Source of the DNA: Lama glama | Taxonomy: Eukaryota | Assembly (NCBI GenBank): GCA_028534125.1 | Contig: CM052817.1 | Coordinates: forward strand, 61,444,001-61,508,000 | Reading direction: 5' to 3' | Length of the DNA: 64,000 bases | Shown here: in pieces, positions 49,605 through 64,000 of the stretch | Position numbering within the stretch: position 1 is the first letter of the stretch | Layout of the letters: each line of letters begins with the position of its first letter | Notes under the pieces: generated by a model | Databases searched by the model: none | Told to the model about the DNA's origin: nothing | Seen by the model: only the letters and a program-made list of their open reading frames with translations | Made by a program: the position numbers and the translations under genes

Positions 49605-52600
49605 GTATGCCGGAGAAGTTGCTTGATTTTGCTTTTCTTAAGTGTAATTATGAAAATGTGTTTGGGATATATGATCGAATACACTGGTGAAACCTAGTCT
49701 CAGCTATCTACAGTTTAAAAATTACGAGTAATAGTTATAGCTGTGTTTCTCTCTGAAGTGTCTCTTAAACATTCTCGGTGTGTGTTTGATGCAACTGCCG
49801 TTTGCTATTTGTGACTACAGAAGTGGGCATGGCCTGGTTTCCCAGATTATTCAGGAAGCATGGGTTGAATTGTAAATCTAGTGTCTTACTAACGAACTAT
49901 ATTGTTGGAAAGGTGTAGCCTTGGAACTACAGCATTTTAGTTTTGATCATATATACGAAATAATAACAACAGAGACATTTGTTGCTATCTAGACAGTTAC
50001 TGAAGAAAAGGACTTTTACTTTTTGTCCTCTGAAGATTCACGAGGCAGAAGCGGAGGAAGGACACAGTAGGTACTAGAAAGAGAGCATTTCTAGCATGGT
50101 AGGAGGGAACAGCTTGGGCTTCATTTGGAGATCTGAGTTTTTATTCACTTCTGCAGATAAACAGCTTTAAATAAAGTCACTTAACCTCTTCACACTCAGT
50201 TTTCAGATTTGCAAAATGAAAAGAAACTAAATATTTCTCCCAACACAAATGAAGGTTATGATTCTAGGACTAAAGTACCTCTTAACAGGAAGATGAGACC
50301 GTCCTTAAATGTTGCTGATCCTTCCCTCAGCCTTCATCTCTTCTTACTCTCTGTGCTCTCCCTGGATGATGTGTCATCCAGATTCCTTTTACTACCCTGC
50401 CCCTGATGATCTGCAGGCCTCTCTCTCCTGAACCCCGTATTCTCAAACTTGTTGACCTGCCTGCTGTCCCAGGTGGCTCCGTAAATGCAGCACATCCAAA
50501 AATAGCATCACCCATCCCTGGCACCCAGGCACCACAGCTAGAAAGTAAGGTTGAGACCCTCACCGCCGGCCCCATGTTCTCACAGTAACTAACACCTAGT
50601 GGTTCCTCTTCTTAGTACTTCTCACGTTTCTTCTCTGTGTGGTCAGAGCCATTGCTTTGGTACAGGCCCTTGTCGCTGAGAACAGCTTCTAACTGATTTC
50701 CCAATCTCCTCCTCACCCCATCGATTTGTCCCCCGTTACAGATGATCTTTCTTTGCCCATGTCACTCTCCTGCCACACATGCTGTGCTGTGTTTCCCCCA
50801 TTAAGACCGTATCCACTCTGACCTCTGCTACCTTTTCAGTCTCATCTCCTGCTGCTCCCAATTTATAATCTGTGCTGAGGTCTTCCTGAAGTATCTTCAG
50901 TTACTGAGACATGCCATGTTACCTTATTTTTGAAAGTTCTGGTTCCTCTGCAAAGAAGGCACTTTTTTTCCCCCTCATCTAATCCCCTGTGTAATTCCAG
51001 TCCTTCCTTATCAGTTTTGGGATGAGTATTGAGTGACTGCACAAGGGGCTGATTTGAAAAATATGATAGCTTTAAAAAAAAGACCGTTTAATATTATTTA
51101 AGAATTTTTTAAGTTATAAGAGTGGAAAGAGGGGATTTTTAATTAATTTCATTAAGAATCCATCTTTGTTTTGTATTTTCCATAGTGTTTAAATATATTA
51201 ACACTACATTTACTGTAAGTCAGTTATCTTTAGAAAATTACTGATTATTTATATAGTTAAAATTTATTTCATAGTGTCATTTTGTATAGTTTCTAATTAC
51301 CATTGCTAATTTTGCAAAGAAGCTACAAGTTTTGTGTTACGAGAGAAGGAAAAAAAGCCATTGCATATGATCTTGACTGTTTCAAAGAAAAGACTTTTAT
51401 TACTTTTGAACCCTTAAAATATTTAGACTAATATCATTAGAGATTTCTGCACTATTGACTTAGCAAGATCTCTTCTCTTGAAAAAAAATGCTGATGGCTC
51501 AGCCCTACACATTTTAAATTATTTCCATTTCCTTAAAGCTTAGCTATGACAATGGAGAGTTGCTGTAATTATTTTGTATGTGATTAGAATACAGAAAGCA
51601 ACTTTCATAAAATTTTTTTTGGTATGATAATTGAAAGGGAACAGGAAAATGTTTCCTAAAAAAGCAAGGAAAAAATTAAATTTCAGAGGTAGAAACTGAA
51701 GGAAGGGTACAAAGTATATGTGCTGTGAAGGGCAGAAAGTATATGTACTGCTTTTGGAAATTCCGAAACTGGTCAAAATACTGCTCTGCCTATTAGAGTG
51801 AAAAGATGTGGAACACCTGGAGAATACACTACAGCAAAATTACCACGAGAGGGCGACAGAATCCTTGTTTCTCTTGGTCTAATTTAGTTTGTTAACAATA
51901 ATCAAAGCAGGCAAATAATATAGATATAAAACTATAATCATGATTCACTTGGTTAATATGTAAAATATTAACCTTTTTACAGAAGATATAACTGAATTTA
52001 GTTGAGAAAAATTACAACAGTACGGAAAATTATACAGTGTATATAACATTATAAAGCATTAATTATTATTAAAAGAAAATGTTTTGCAGTTGTGAAGTTT
52101 TAGTTGAACACATCATGATGCTAAGCTCAAATCAAAAAATATTTGCAGAACTCTTGCTGTTTGTCTTGCTCTAGGTTCTACAGACTGACAATGAGTTTAT
52201 GTTCTGTAAAAGTTACTTATTTTATGCTATTTTGTAAAAATTGTAAAATGAATACAAAATCCCCAGCCACCCAAATTCTATGATTTTACTCTACCTAACA
52301 TTACACCATATTTCAGCAAAACAAAACAAAACAAAAACCTCAGAATCTACTTAGTCTTTGATAAATAGTTTCAGGGGCTTCCTAATGCAAATGAAAAAGT
52401 TCTTCTGATTTAGAAGGTGGTAGCTGTTTCATGATGGGTTCTTAACGTTCTTCACAACTCACCTGTGAAAACGACAGTGCTAACCAAAGAGTGCAAAAGC
52501 TAGAAAGGCCAGTCGCCGCACTAGTGTGGACTCAGATCAGACACTGAACAGGTGGCGTTTCTTTTCTCATGCTGAGAACTTCAAGCTTCTTTCTCTTGAT

Positions 52601-55600
52601 AGTTCACAGCTGTGCTCTAGTGTGGGCAAAAAAAGGGAAAAAAGAAAAGATTTTATTACCTCCCTCACCTACCCACCAACACCAAAGAGATCATTTTAAA
52701 ATAATTCCAGCAGTTGGATGGGAAGGATGGGAGCAGAATCAGCAAAATGCCGTCTATGACCCACTTAATTGATCGTGAAACAGTTTAATGGACACAGCCA
52801 GTCTTTTCATAAAAAGTGAAACAGAGCAGAAAATGTGAGAGTATTTTACTATATGAAGTATATTAACATATTCAGGGTATGTATCACATTATGAAAATGT
52901 GGTTTTAGTTTATGTATGTATATATACATGAATATGTATATAAGTGTCTATATATGCACACGTACAAACACCTGTATTTTGAATCTTTCTTTTTTTATAG
53001 TTAAGAAACAGTTTGAAAGACACTTATTTAAATAAGTATTTTAGTTATACTTTTGTCTATTGGGTGATGACTGATTTAGTTTTGAAATGATAACCAAAAA
53101 ACACAAAATCAAAAACAAAAGGCTACACTGAAAGGGCTAATTGGAATTTTAAGACCTACAAGTGCATTCTGAACCTGTCATGGGTTTCTGTTACCTCCAT
53201 TGAAGTTCTGACTTTAAATCTGAGATCATTTCACTTGTGGTATCATATAGCCCGTGTTACCCAGAAGTCTTTCAAGAGCACAGTAATGCAACACCAGTTG
53301 ACAAATAGGGACTAGGTGTGTATGTCACAGCATGATAGTTTAGACTGGATTATCTTCTTTTTCTCAGGAGTGTAGTTTAACATACACTGCCACACATACA
53401 CAGCTTGCCAGAGACGGAGGGCTAAATATTTGAGGATGCAAAATGTTAAAAAGTTCATAGCCTGCATGAAAGTATCAAGATGCAAAAGAAGTGAGAATCC
53501 ATGCTTGAGCTTTACGTAAGCTAGCCATATTACTTCCTACTTGCACCTTGTCTTTGGTAATAACTTCCATAATTCCAATGCAGTAGTCCCCTTTAGAAAT
53601 GTTTACTGGAGCTAGTAAATTACATAAAAGGCAAGATTATTCTTCTTATTTTTCGAAATTGAGGATTTGTACTTCTTTACACTTATATTTTAACTCACTA
53701 TATTTGTACGTCTGACAGGCTTTTTAACACTTGAAATCTTCAAATTGTATATAATAAGTGGTTAGATAGATATTTTTAAAACCCTTGTGAATTTAACGGT
53801 ATAAATTTAAAAATATGTTCCTGTGTTTCTGTAGATGACCTAATCTGCAATATAATATTTTTCCTAGATTTGGTTTAGGTTACCAGATTAGGTAAGTTTA
53901 GTTTATTTGATGCAAGTATATATATATAAAATATTACTGTCTTACCAAATATAGTCAGGTGTTTTTCACAAATTCAGTCTTAAAGTCATGAAGAGCCATT
54001 ACATGTTGAAAGCACATAAGTTTTCTAACTTTAATTATATACACAATGAGAATGACCAGTTCGTTAGAATATAAGAGAGCTTTGCTGGATCAGGCCTACC
54101 GTTCATGGAGCCTAGTTTGTTGACTAGAGAGGCCCTGAAGAATAGAAACCCCTGCCCTCTGGGGCAGCGACCTCAGAAGGCTGCAGATGTTGCCTGGATG
54201 GGGGATGCTGGGACTTCAGTTTCTTTACTAAAATAAGGGTGTAAAAAGCTCCCTGTAGTATGGTTGTGGAGCTCGAATGATACAACGTATATTGAAGTGC
54301 CTGGTACATAGAAGATACTCAAGAAAGGCGGTGTGTCTAGCCCTTTATTCTTTTTAATGATAGTGTTAGTAACTTACACTGTTACCATCCAATACAACAC
54401 TTCTCCTCACGTGACTTCCCTGCTTGAAGATGTTGTGGGCCCTCTGCTGCCCACATGTTAAATGTTTGGCTTCTTAACTGGGCTTACAGTCCTTTCACAG
54501 CCATGTGCCAGCTTCCTCTCCAGCCTCACTCACTTTGTATTATCTTTCCTCGTGGTCCCTCCAGTCCTGGCACGCTCAAGTTTGTGAGTTTATACCGTTC
54601 CTCGGGCGCACACGTCTGTACTTTGTACAAGGGGCTTCTTTTACTTGAACTGCTTTCCCACCCTTGTACCCCTGAGAAATTTCTCTCCACTCCTTAATAC
54701 CGGATGTCATCTCTTCTGTGACCCTTTCTTGAGTCCTCTGAGTAGTTGCCTATTCTTTCTGTATGTTCCTACAAAATTTTGATGATGGCTTTACTGTAAC
54801 ATTCATCCTGTTCATTTTGGTTGTTTACATATGTGTATTTTACCTGTGTTTTTAGAACCCCTTAAGGACAGGGACCAAGTTTTACTGTCTTTGTTTTACG
54901 GCACTGAACCAATAGCTGGCACCGTTTACAGGCCCTCATTCTGTAAATGCCAGTGCTAGGTTTGTTTGTCTTATTTTGGACATCCTCAGATGATTTGAGG
55001 AATTCTCCAGACATTGTTTTTCCCTCCTGCCAGACTTGAAATCCCCACGGCAGTCACTGAACAGGGTGGGCGTGCTGTCTGCCAAGGGCCACCGTTAAAA
55101 ACCGTACATACCGATAAAGGAGAAGGGGCTTTCACTGTCCTTGGAGATTAAATTCCCAGAAGGCTTAAAAGTTGCGAACATAAACAATACTGTAACTAGT
55201 ACTGTATTATTATTTTCCAGTAATTAAAAAAATTAATAATAGATCTGAAGCCATCTGGTAGGAAGTTTTTTTCTCAAAAAATATGGAAATTTACAGCATA
55301 TAAGGAACCAAGAAGTGGAATGCAGAGGAAATATTAGGAATAGTTCACCAGCCTTGTCATGGTGGACATATTAACTGGGATGCAAAGCACCAGTAAGTAA
55401 CAGAAATCAATTTAAAAAAAAATACAGAATTAAATCTGATTATAAGGTCCAGGTCAGAAGGCCTGGAGGTCTGGGTCAGTGGGAACCAGAGAAAAAGACC
55501 AATAAAGTTCCAGTGATACAGTCTTGAGGTAGCATGTGTATTGTCTATAGTGGAGTCATAGTTTATGCAAGAACAAAGTGTTCATGTTTGTGCGTAAAGT

Positions 55601-58600
55601 AAAATCATATGCAGTCAAGGCCCCCTTGAATATTTTCAGGAAGAGGCCAAGTTGGAGAGGGAACAACATATGTGGAAGCTCTCAGAGAACTTGGCTCCTC
55701 GGCGGAAGGGCAAGTGGTTCAGTATGTTCAGGACAGTAGAGTGGCTGGAAAGAAGGTTGGATGGATTAGTGGGGGTCTGCTCAGAAAAGGCTTTGAAAGT
55801 AAAAAAGAGTGTGGATAGATGCAGAAAGGAAGCTATGGTAAGATTTGTAAGTTGGACCGTGACACAATCAGATTGGCATTATTGACAGATCATTACTGCA
55901 TTAATGTGTTTAAAAGGTTATCATGACTTCAGTGTAGAGACTAAGACTGGAGTCCTAGAGACGACTGATGCGTTTGTTGAGGTAATCCTGTGCAGGGGTG
56001 ATGATAATGAGTATTACCCTGGGCATTGACAGTGGGAGCAGAGAGAATTCCAACAGCAAGAGAATGCAAAGTACTTACACTTTAACCTGCCTGGGAGGCA
56101 GGTTCTAACCACTGCTCCCCTGGGGAGTGTTGTCCCTTGTGGAGTATTCATGTATCCTCTGTTAGAACCCTGGTAGAGGATTGCATTTGGCTTAAAGAAA
56201 CTATACTTTGTTTTAATTCAGACTATGGCTCAAAAATTGATTGTAGCTTTAAGTTTATGTAATGTGTGTAGTTATAAAGTAAAAATCTGAGTGGATTGCA
56301 TCTTGTACTTGAGAAATATGTTTAAGTTTGCTTTTCTAACACAACTAGTCTATTTTTGCCGCATTTCCTCAGGTGAGTGCATTTATTTCCTCTAAATCAG
56401 TATGTGCTAAATGTTGACTCTTTTTCATTTCTTAATAGTTGCAAATACAAGGTTGGTTGCTTTGGCATGATCTGCACTGCATTGCTTGCCTTTGCAGGAA
56501 GCACTTGTACTACACATTGTCATGGAAATAAATATCATGAGATGGAAAAGGGGTTTCTTCTGAGACAAAAGAAGAAAAACTCTATAGAGCCCCATTGGTC
56601 AAAAATTAAATACTTATGTTATTTGTGTGTAGTTCAGAAAGCTTTAAGTCCATGCATAGACTTTACTTTTTTTTTCACTAATTACGGATTATTTCTTCCC
56701 ACTTTTAAAAATATGTCGATTTTGAGAGCATTTGTAATGATTCTTAAATGTGTTAACATTGTAAGTTTTTAATAAATAACACAGTTCGTTGCTCAGAAAA
56801 AGCATTGAGCTATACAGTACTGGCTAATGTTCTGATCACCATTTTTCTTTAGAAAACAGTATGACTTTATTTCATAGAGCCATTGAAAATAAGCTGTGTT
56901 ATGTGTTCTTTCTTTGTCATGTAGTGGTGTCTAGCCATGCTGAAATGTTTCCTTTTTCTGTTTTCTTTGCAGTTCTTGTAGCATGTTAGAATAATGCCAC
57001 CTTCATTCTTTGTTTAATTACACACAACTCCGTCTATTCTGTCCCCTGATGTTGGCAAGAAATTATTGGATTTCTTGTTTTTACTTTATTAAATGTGTCC
57101 ACGGAGGTAGACATTCTACAGAGAAAAGTAAAGGTATTTACTGAATATTATGGTGATATACCCAGTACACGAGCAGTATTTTATCATTTAATATGAGATA
57201 TTCTTAACCTCCTTTACTCCATATGTAACAAATATTTCCCTATATTCTACTTAAGGCATCGTTCCCTTCACGTGTATCAGGTACAAGTTTCTTCTGCTGT
57301 CTGAAAGCAGAGGTTCTTACGAAACCTTTTGTAAGGCAAAGTCATGGAAAGCAAAGAAGCAATTACCTTTTTTCATAAAAGTAAAAATCCTCTTTAGATT
57401 TCTTTCGGTTTAGTGAAAATGAGCACTAATGAAGTCTTTCATAAAAGCAAAGTGGCACAAAACAAACTTCCTGAAAGCGGGGAATATCTGTAATATGTAT
57501 ACGGGCTTCTTATTAGTGAATTGCTTATTTTTTTGTGAAGCAATTTTAATATATGTAGTAAAAGCAAGAGCTTATCGTTGGCAATGAGATTTGCAAACAT
57601 CAGTATTTCTTTTTTGAAAGATGAATTGTGTTTTGAAACAGCACAGTGCAAGTAAGCACTTGGAATCATTTGCAAATCTTTTAGGGACACAATAAATTTC
57701 TTTTGGTCAAGTGAAAAAGGGAAAAAGAAAAAAACCTACTTTCAAAATGAATATTCAGTTAATTTTAGCTCTGTTGTATTGTCTTGGGGAGTACTCACTG
57801 GGCCATTTGGAACGCAAGAATATAGTTGGTAGCCTTGAGAGGAGCAAACATCCTCTTTAAACAGTAAAATAGTGGATATCGTTGATTAGTAGTAATAATC
57901 ATGTTTTTATAATTTTTCAGTTCTTTAAAGTATCCTTTTATTCAGAATATACAAAAAGGTAATATCATTAAAATTTTAAATGGGCATCATTTTCCCAATG
58001 AGGTAATTCAGAGTCAAAGAGGTGTCAAAAAATTTGCTCAGGATCCTGTAGTGATTTGAACCCAGTTATTTTGACTAAATGGTGCAATTTTCTGTATCAC
58101 AAGATCACATCAGTGAATATATTTAGGAAGAACTAGCTCTCTTAGGGATAGCCTAGAAAGAGCAGATAGACTAGGTAATTTGCAATTAGTGAGATCTGTT
58201 TCAAGTAACATTTTCATTGCTTCTAAACTGTAGTTTTTAAATTTATCTAAGATTCTAGTTAACATGACCCTTTACCATACCCTGTTCCTGGTGTATGCTA
58301 CATTTTAGAAATTTAAAAAAAAAAAAAAGCTTTTTTATTCATTATGGACAGAGCTTTGGAGAGATCTGATGCAGTCTGTTTTTTTCAAGGAAGACTTGGA
58401 TGTGTTTGTGAGATCTGATTAGATCGAAGACTGAATGATGTGCATCTCAGTTATAAGTGGATATAAATTCTATATTTTATTTGAGGTCTAAAGGAGATAG
58501 GGGTGAGAAAGGAAATTACTGTTTCTACAACCATCCCAAATTTCATTGTAGGCTTTACGCTGCAGTAATAAATCGAGATAACTAGATTTGCTTAGCTAAG

Positions 58601-59125
58601 ATGGATAGATTTATTGGTTCCATTTTTAAATTTTGATATGAATAAGTAAACTGCTACCAGTTGCGTATGTTTCATCTCTTCTAATAATGTTTTATTGCCA
58701 TCTGCTCCCCTGCATTTTGACATCATTAAACTAAACAGTTCACTTGCTTTAAAGGCTTAACGGGTGCTGTCCATTGTCAAAACCATGGTGTGAAGCATGT
58801 AAATATCCCCTGTCTCTTTATGTAACAAATATATTTTTGTTTAGAATTATGACTCTCATACAGGAAAAAATCAAAGTAACAGCCATTAACTGCCCTCTTT
58901 TTTTTTTAAATTTTAAATGTCCTCTGATTGGAATTGACCCCCTTGCTGGAAGCTTCCCAGGGTGATGCAGGTGCGCTGTTTTGAAAGCTCCTCTTCCTCC
59001 CCATTCTCCTCTCATCCTGAGATCAAAATATTAAGTCATTTTTAAGGGAAGATACTTGGATTTATTCACATATGCTTTTCATACAGAATTATTACATCTT
59101 ATTAATTAATGCATATGATTCAAAC

Positions 59126-59329
59126 CAGCGGCCCTTGGCCACCTCTGCTGCACCACCTATCTTTGTAAATAAAGTTTTACTGGAGCACGGACATGCTCAT
59201 TTGTTTACATGTTGTCTGTGACTCCTTTCATGCTTCAGTGGGAGAGTTGAGTAGTTGCAACATAAACTATATGGCCCACAAAACTTAAAATATTTAGCCA
59301 TTTGCAGGAAAAAAAATAACCAACTCTAG
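59126..59329. mobile_element. MER58A-type hAT-Charlie element
   Basis: tttgtaaataaagttttactgga...ctcatttgtttacat...gagttgagtagttgcaac...atatggcccacaaaacttaaaatattta. Confidence 0.75.
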
Positions 59330-59639
59330 GTTTAAACCACAGGTGAAAGAAAAACCATGCCTGATAATTCTGCACAGCAGCTGTACACTTTACTGGGGGT
59401 CTTAGGCACCCTCGTCCGACACTAATCCTAAGGCCCTGAGTTGCCTATTTGTTTGTGAACATCACCCATAAGAAGAGAAATTCTTTGGGAGCAGGTATCT
59501 TATTCTTCTTTCATACCAGAAGATTTCCTAGAGCTGAAACATTAAATGTGCTCACTAGGTAGCTGTTGAATGAGTGGATATTTTCTTTTTTTTAGCCATG
59601 TAGGATCTGGTGTCAGAGTGTAGTAATGATTGACAGTGA

Positions 59640-59796
59640 TGAAGCATTTCTTCCACATTCAAGGAACTGTAAGCAAACACTGCTTATACCACCTTATTTA
59701 ACCCTCTCACACTTTGAGGTCGTTATTTTTGCTATTTTACAGATGAGGGAAGCTGAGACCCAAAGCGATGACATTTGTGAGTTCACACAACTAGAA
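59640..59796 (-). mobile_element. MIR remnant interrupted by a younger SINE
   Basis: ctattttacagatgagggaagctgagaccca core. Confidence 0.55.
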
Positions 59797-59941
59797 CTGA
59801 TAATTTTTTCTTTTTTTTTCTTTTGTGGGGGAGGTAATTAGGTTTACGTATTTATTTTTTTAGGGGAGGTACTGGGGATTGAACCCAGGACCGCCTGCAT
59901 GCTAAGCATGCACGCTACCGCTTGAGCTACACCCTCTCTCC
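59797..59941 (-). mobile_element. tRNA-derived SINE, Vic-1-like (camelid), with 14-bp target-site duplication
   Basis: Reverse strand reads gggtgtagctcaagcggtagcgtgcatgcttagcatgc...ggttcaatccccagtacctcc...aaacctaattacctccccc plus A-tail. TSD tcacacaactagaa at 59783-59796 and 59942-59955. Confidence 0.88.
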
Positions 59942-62479
59942 TCACACAACTAGAAATGAAAAGAATGAGGAGTCCACAAGTATCTTAACATTAGTCATTA
60001 TGCTAGGGATACTGCTTCCTCCAGCATAGAATAGCTGAGCAGTGTTCTCTGCTTCTAAAAGATGTGAAATTCAGATATAACTTTGGATAATGATAATAAG
60101 GTTTTGTTTATCTTAAAGATCTAGTGACTAATTTGAGAGAGAGAGAGCTTAGAGAATTAGTAGTAGTAATAGAAGCATAAGAAATATCCCCGGTTTTAAA
60201 TTTTCCAGTGACTTATATTCATCATTAGAGACATGTTTGGTGTTGTCTGACACGGGGAACTCTTCTTAAATTTTCCTTCCCTTTCTGCTTCAGTTGTTCT
60301 GCTTCCATTAAAAGAATGAGCACTATTTATATGAGCATTCGAATCTGAGGTACCTTTCTCCTTTATTTCTGAGACTAGATTGCTTTCCCACTTACATACA
60401 TAGATGAAAATTGGTGGGGAAATGGTAGAAACCAAGCCCATTTCGGTTTTATATTACTTTAGAAATAGGATATGTGAGAACTCTAGATATAATGTGAATA
60501 TAAATAATTTTAATGCATGGTTTTCTCATTCAAATATAAGCTAAATTCTACAGATTTAATATTTTAAATAAATTCTTAGCTTATAGAATCTATTTGAGTT
60601 TACATATTGGTGATCCTCTTTAGTATTCTTGAGGTCATGAATCATAACTCAGATTTGTGGGGTTTTTTTTTTAATATTATTTTGTTTCTTTTTGTTGTTT
60701 CTTTTTCTTTATCCCCTGCTTCTCTCTTAGCATAAAGCACATTGAGCACCCATAATTAGAGCGTGGATTTGTCTTCCCATTATAAAATTAGAAATTGAAA
60801 CAGTGATATGGAGATTTATAAAACTCTATAAATGATAAATAATTTGTTGATTTTTAATTGAATGTTGGCAAAACCAGAAATTTTAAAATCTCTTATCTTT
60901 ATTTGCAAGGTACAGACTGAGTTTCTTTTTACTTGTAACTCTGACCAAATGGAAATGTTCTGTGTAAAGTCAGTTAGTAGGGAGAAGAAGGCAAATTTCT
61001 GTATCCCAAATTTTGATGATGTGTGATGCAACAAATTAAAAAAGAAGAGAAAACCTAATCCAAGTCCCCACACTCGCTTTAATTAAGATACTCGAGATCC
61101 AGTTTAATCTAGGTTCTTAAGAGTTGAAAGGCTGGCTGCTGATGGAAGAAACTAACCTCCTGAAGTTGCGGAAATATCTGATACTTGGCCTTGGGCGCAC
61201 CTGTTCCAATTCTTTATGGCATACATACCAGCATTCTCCACTGCTGAGAGAGATGATAGTAGTTTAATCTGTCCAATTTTGCTTTTAATCACTGAATTAA
61301 AAAAAAAGTTTGATTCCACTTGATAAAATTTGCACAAACCTCTCTAGAATGTACTTTCTTCTGATCCTGGATCTTGGCTCAACTTTAAACCTTTTCTATT
61401 TCTACTGGATGTGATTTCATGCCTGGATTATGAAGAGTAGACGGTTGTTTATGCTTTCAACATAAGGAGCTTGACAGACAAAATGCGCAGATTCTCTGCT
61501 TCTCATGGCCACCATCTGTTTGAAATGATTGGGGAAGGGGTGGAGAAGAAAGCACTTGGTGCCCACGATAATGTGCAAGTGTGTAGCCATCGCTGCTGCC
61601 CAATTTAGTATGTGCAAAATTTCTACCATAGCTTCGTGAACATATTCTTTGAGATGTTGAATTACAAGACTTTATCTCCCCAAGAGTACCAGAGCGTCAC
61701 TTTGATGTAGCCCAGTTGTTTATATGAGGACAGCACTAGCCTCAGTGTTTATAACCAGAACACCCCTGCTAGGAGAGCCAGTTGTTTTCCACTCCAGGAA
61801 ACCTCCCATATGATTTCTTTCTGTCTTGTGCAGGCTGTAAACGTTTTTCTTTTTCCTTTTGAAGGAGAATATTAGTATTCTTGATATCAGCCTTATTTCT
61901 GACTTAGTAAGAATGAAATATTACAGAATTTTTAAAACATATTTTATGGTTATCTGTAGATTTACTGCCATAACTTTCTCTGTTACTTTCTGTTAATTCT
62001 AGTGTAGTAGGTGAACTATTTACATCAATATAGCTTATACAACAAAATGGATTCAACACTCCAATGCTTCCAGCCTGTTTGTCCTTAGCAGAAGTACTAG
62101 ATCTGTAATTATACTTCGTTTCTGAAGCAGTTTATATAATGGCTGAGAAGTATGGGCAGTCAGGTTGAGGGAAAGAAAGTTAGATCTCTGTAGAAAATGA
62201 ATCTTTTACAGAATAAATGAAGGGCTTAAAAGTGATAATCTAAGACGTTAGACATACCAGAGCAAATTAAAAAATAATGCTTTCATACATTATTCCTAAA
62301 TTTATCCCAGCAGACTTATTAAGGAAGTTAAAATAACAGAAATTAATCATCTCAGTTATCACTATCCTCTCCTTCTAAACTCATCTAGAAGTTAGTACTT
62401 CCGGATTTAGATCACATTTGAGAACATCTGCCTTCATGTTTTCATGGGTCAAAGGAGTACCTCGCAAAGAGCTTGGCAC

Positions 62480-63150
62480 ACAAAAAGCGCATAATAAATA
62501 TTTGATAAATTAATCTTTAGGGACATAGGCACTGGAGTAGACAGAAATGATTTTGGATCCCATATTCTCCACTCTGCTTCTTTGGCTTCCATGACATACT
62601 CTTCTGTTTTTTCTCCTACTTCCCTCTCTGTTCCCAAAGTATTTCTTTTATTTTGCTTTATGCCTTAGGAGTTCTTCTATTTCATACTACTCTTTCTCTG
62701 AACAACTTCATTAATTTTCACAGCCATCAATATGCTGATGACTCTTGAATCGGTTCTTCTAGCTCAGCTCTTTTTTCCTGAGTTCATATATCCACTAGAC
62801 TATCTGTACTTAAATGAAACACAAGCACCTCCAACTCAAAAAAAAAAAAAGGTTTGAGCTGTTTGAGAGAAAGGACAGTACATGTTTGGTTCTCTCTTCT
62901 GTACCCATGCATAACATAGTGCCTGCCGCACTGCAGACTCTCAGTATACACTTGACGGAATGAATATCTGTAATTAAACTCATTATCTTTCCATCATTCT
63001 AGCACTAATCCCACTATAACATAATTGACTGTTTACTAGTCTATAACCTTTAGACTTCGGAGGGCAGAAATCATGTCTGTCTTGTTCATAGTGGTAGAGT
63101 CTAGCCCAATGTTTGGTACACAGTAGTTGTTCAAAAAACATTTGCTGCAT
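62480..63150 (+). mobile_element. Fragmented LINE-2 remnants
   Basis: tttggcttccatgacatactc, atatgctgatgactc and gagggcagaaatcatgtctgtcttgttca. Confidence 0.5.
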
Positions 63151-63485
63151 TTTATTGCTCTACATGTCCTTAGACAAATCACTTATCCTTTCTGAACTTT
63201 GTATTCCTAACCCCATCAAATAGTAATAATAATACCTTGTATTATTGTTGAGAAGATGAAAGTTCAGGTTAGTATGTGTAAAATTTCTCTTCAACTTTTT
63301 ACTATTAAAAAAGGTTCAGATACACACACACACACATAACTGGAGAGTTGGTTTCTTCTACATGCATATTGTAAGGGGTGGGAAGCTGGAAGGATTCATA
63401 GACTAAAAAATTGAAGAGACATGCACCAGATATAATATATGGACCTTCCTTATCTGGGTCCTGATTAATATTGTGTTGGGGTATG

Positions 63486-63963
63486 TGTGGAAGGCAGAAT
63501 AATGCCCCTCCCCAAAGATGTCCATGTCCTAATACCCAGAACCTGTGAATATGTTACATTACGCGTCAAAGGGGAATTAAGGATGCAGATGGAATTATGA
63601 TTGTTTAATCAGCTGACCTTAAAATAGGTGTATTATTCTGGCGAGCCCAGTGTAATCCCAAAGGCTTTTAAAAGTGGAAGAGGGAAGCAAAGAGAGAATA
63701 CTGTAGTGTGAGAAGGCCTCAACCTGCTGGCTTTGAGATGGAGGAAGAAGGCCATGAAGCATGGAATTTGGGCAGCTCTAGAAGCTGGAAAAAGCAAGGA
63801 AATGGATTTTGCCTAGAGGTTTCAGGGAGGAACATAGCCCTGCCGGCACCTTAATTTGGCCCAGTAATATCTGTGAAGGAGATTGTAAAATAATACACTT
63901 ATGCTATTTTTAAGTCAGTTAAGCTTTTAGTAATTGGTTATAGCAGCAAGAGAAACTAATGCA
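63486..63963 (+). mobile_element. MLT1C/D-type MaLR solo LTR
   Basis: tgtggaaggcagaataatg...caaagatgtccatgtcctaat...ctagaagctggaaaaagcaagg...ttatagcagcaagagaaactaatgca. Confidence 0.85.
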
Positions 63964-64000
63964 GAGAATAATCAGAAATAAACTGGAAAATTGGTTATTT

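Noticed and set aside
1..64000. Novel multi-gene system, CRISPR array or prokaryotic-type operon
   Set aside because: The window is mammalian exon-intron DNA of one known gene; no regularly spaced repeats or long unexplained ORFs were seen.
49605..64000. Next PDLIM5 exon (VPSTGRISN...first LIM domain)
   Set aside because: No matching sequence found by eye; it probably lies beyond the window.

Overview
AT-rich mammalian genomic DNA, probably camelid (two Vic-1-like tRNA-derived SINEs). The whole window lies inside the PDLIM5 (ENH, Enigma homolog) gene on the + strand, between the PDZ-coding exons (upstream, outside the window) and the LIM-coding exons (downstream, outside). It contains the alternatively spliced middle of the gene: a 43-nt exon, a 419-nt exon with an internal acceptor (92-nt form), three microexons (17, 15, 18 nt), 173-nt and 37-nt exons, the alternative terminal exon of the LIM-less short isoforms with its 3' UTR, three frame-preserving cassette exons, and a 188-nt exon. 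The rest is intron with SINE, LINE, LTR and DNA-transposon remnants. I found no new biological system. The most notable lineage-specific signals are an 81% GC, strongly diverged coding segment with a G-quadruplex motif, an apparent CAG>CAA loss of a splice acceptor with an in-frame AAGCAG just downstream, and a ~205-bp local duplication beside it. Comparisons to human PDLIM5 and repeat family names come from recalled sequences, not from alignments I ran.
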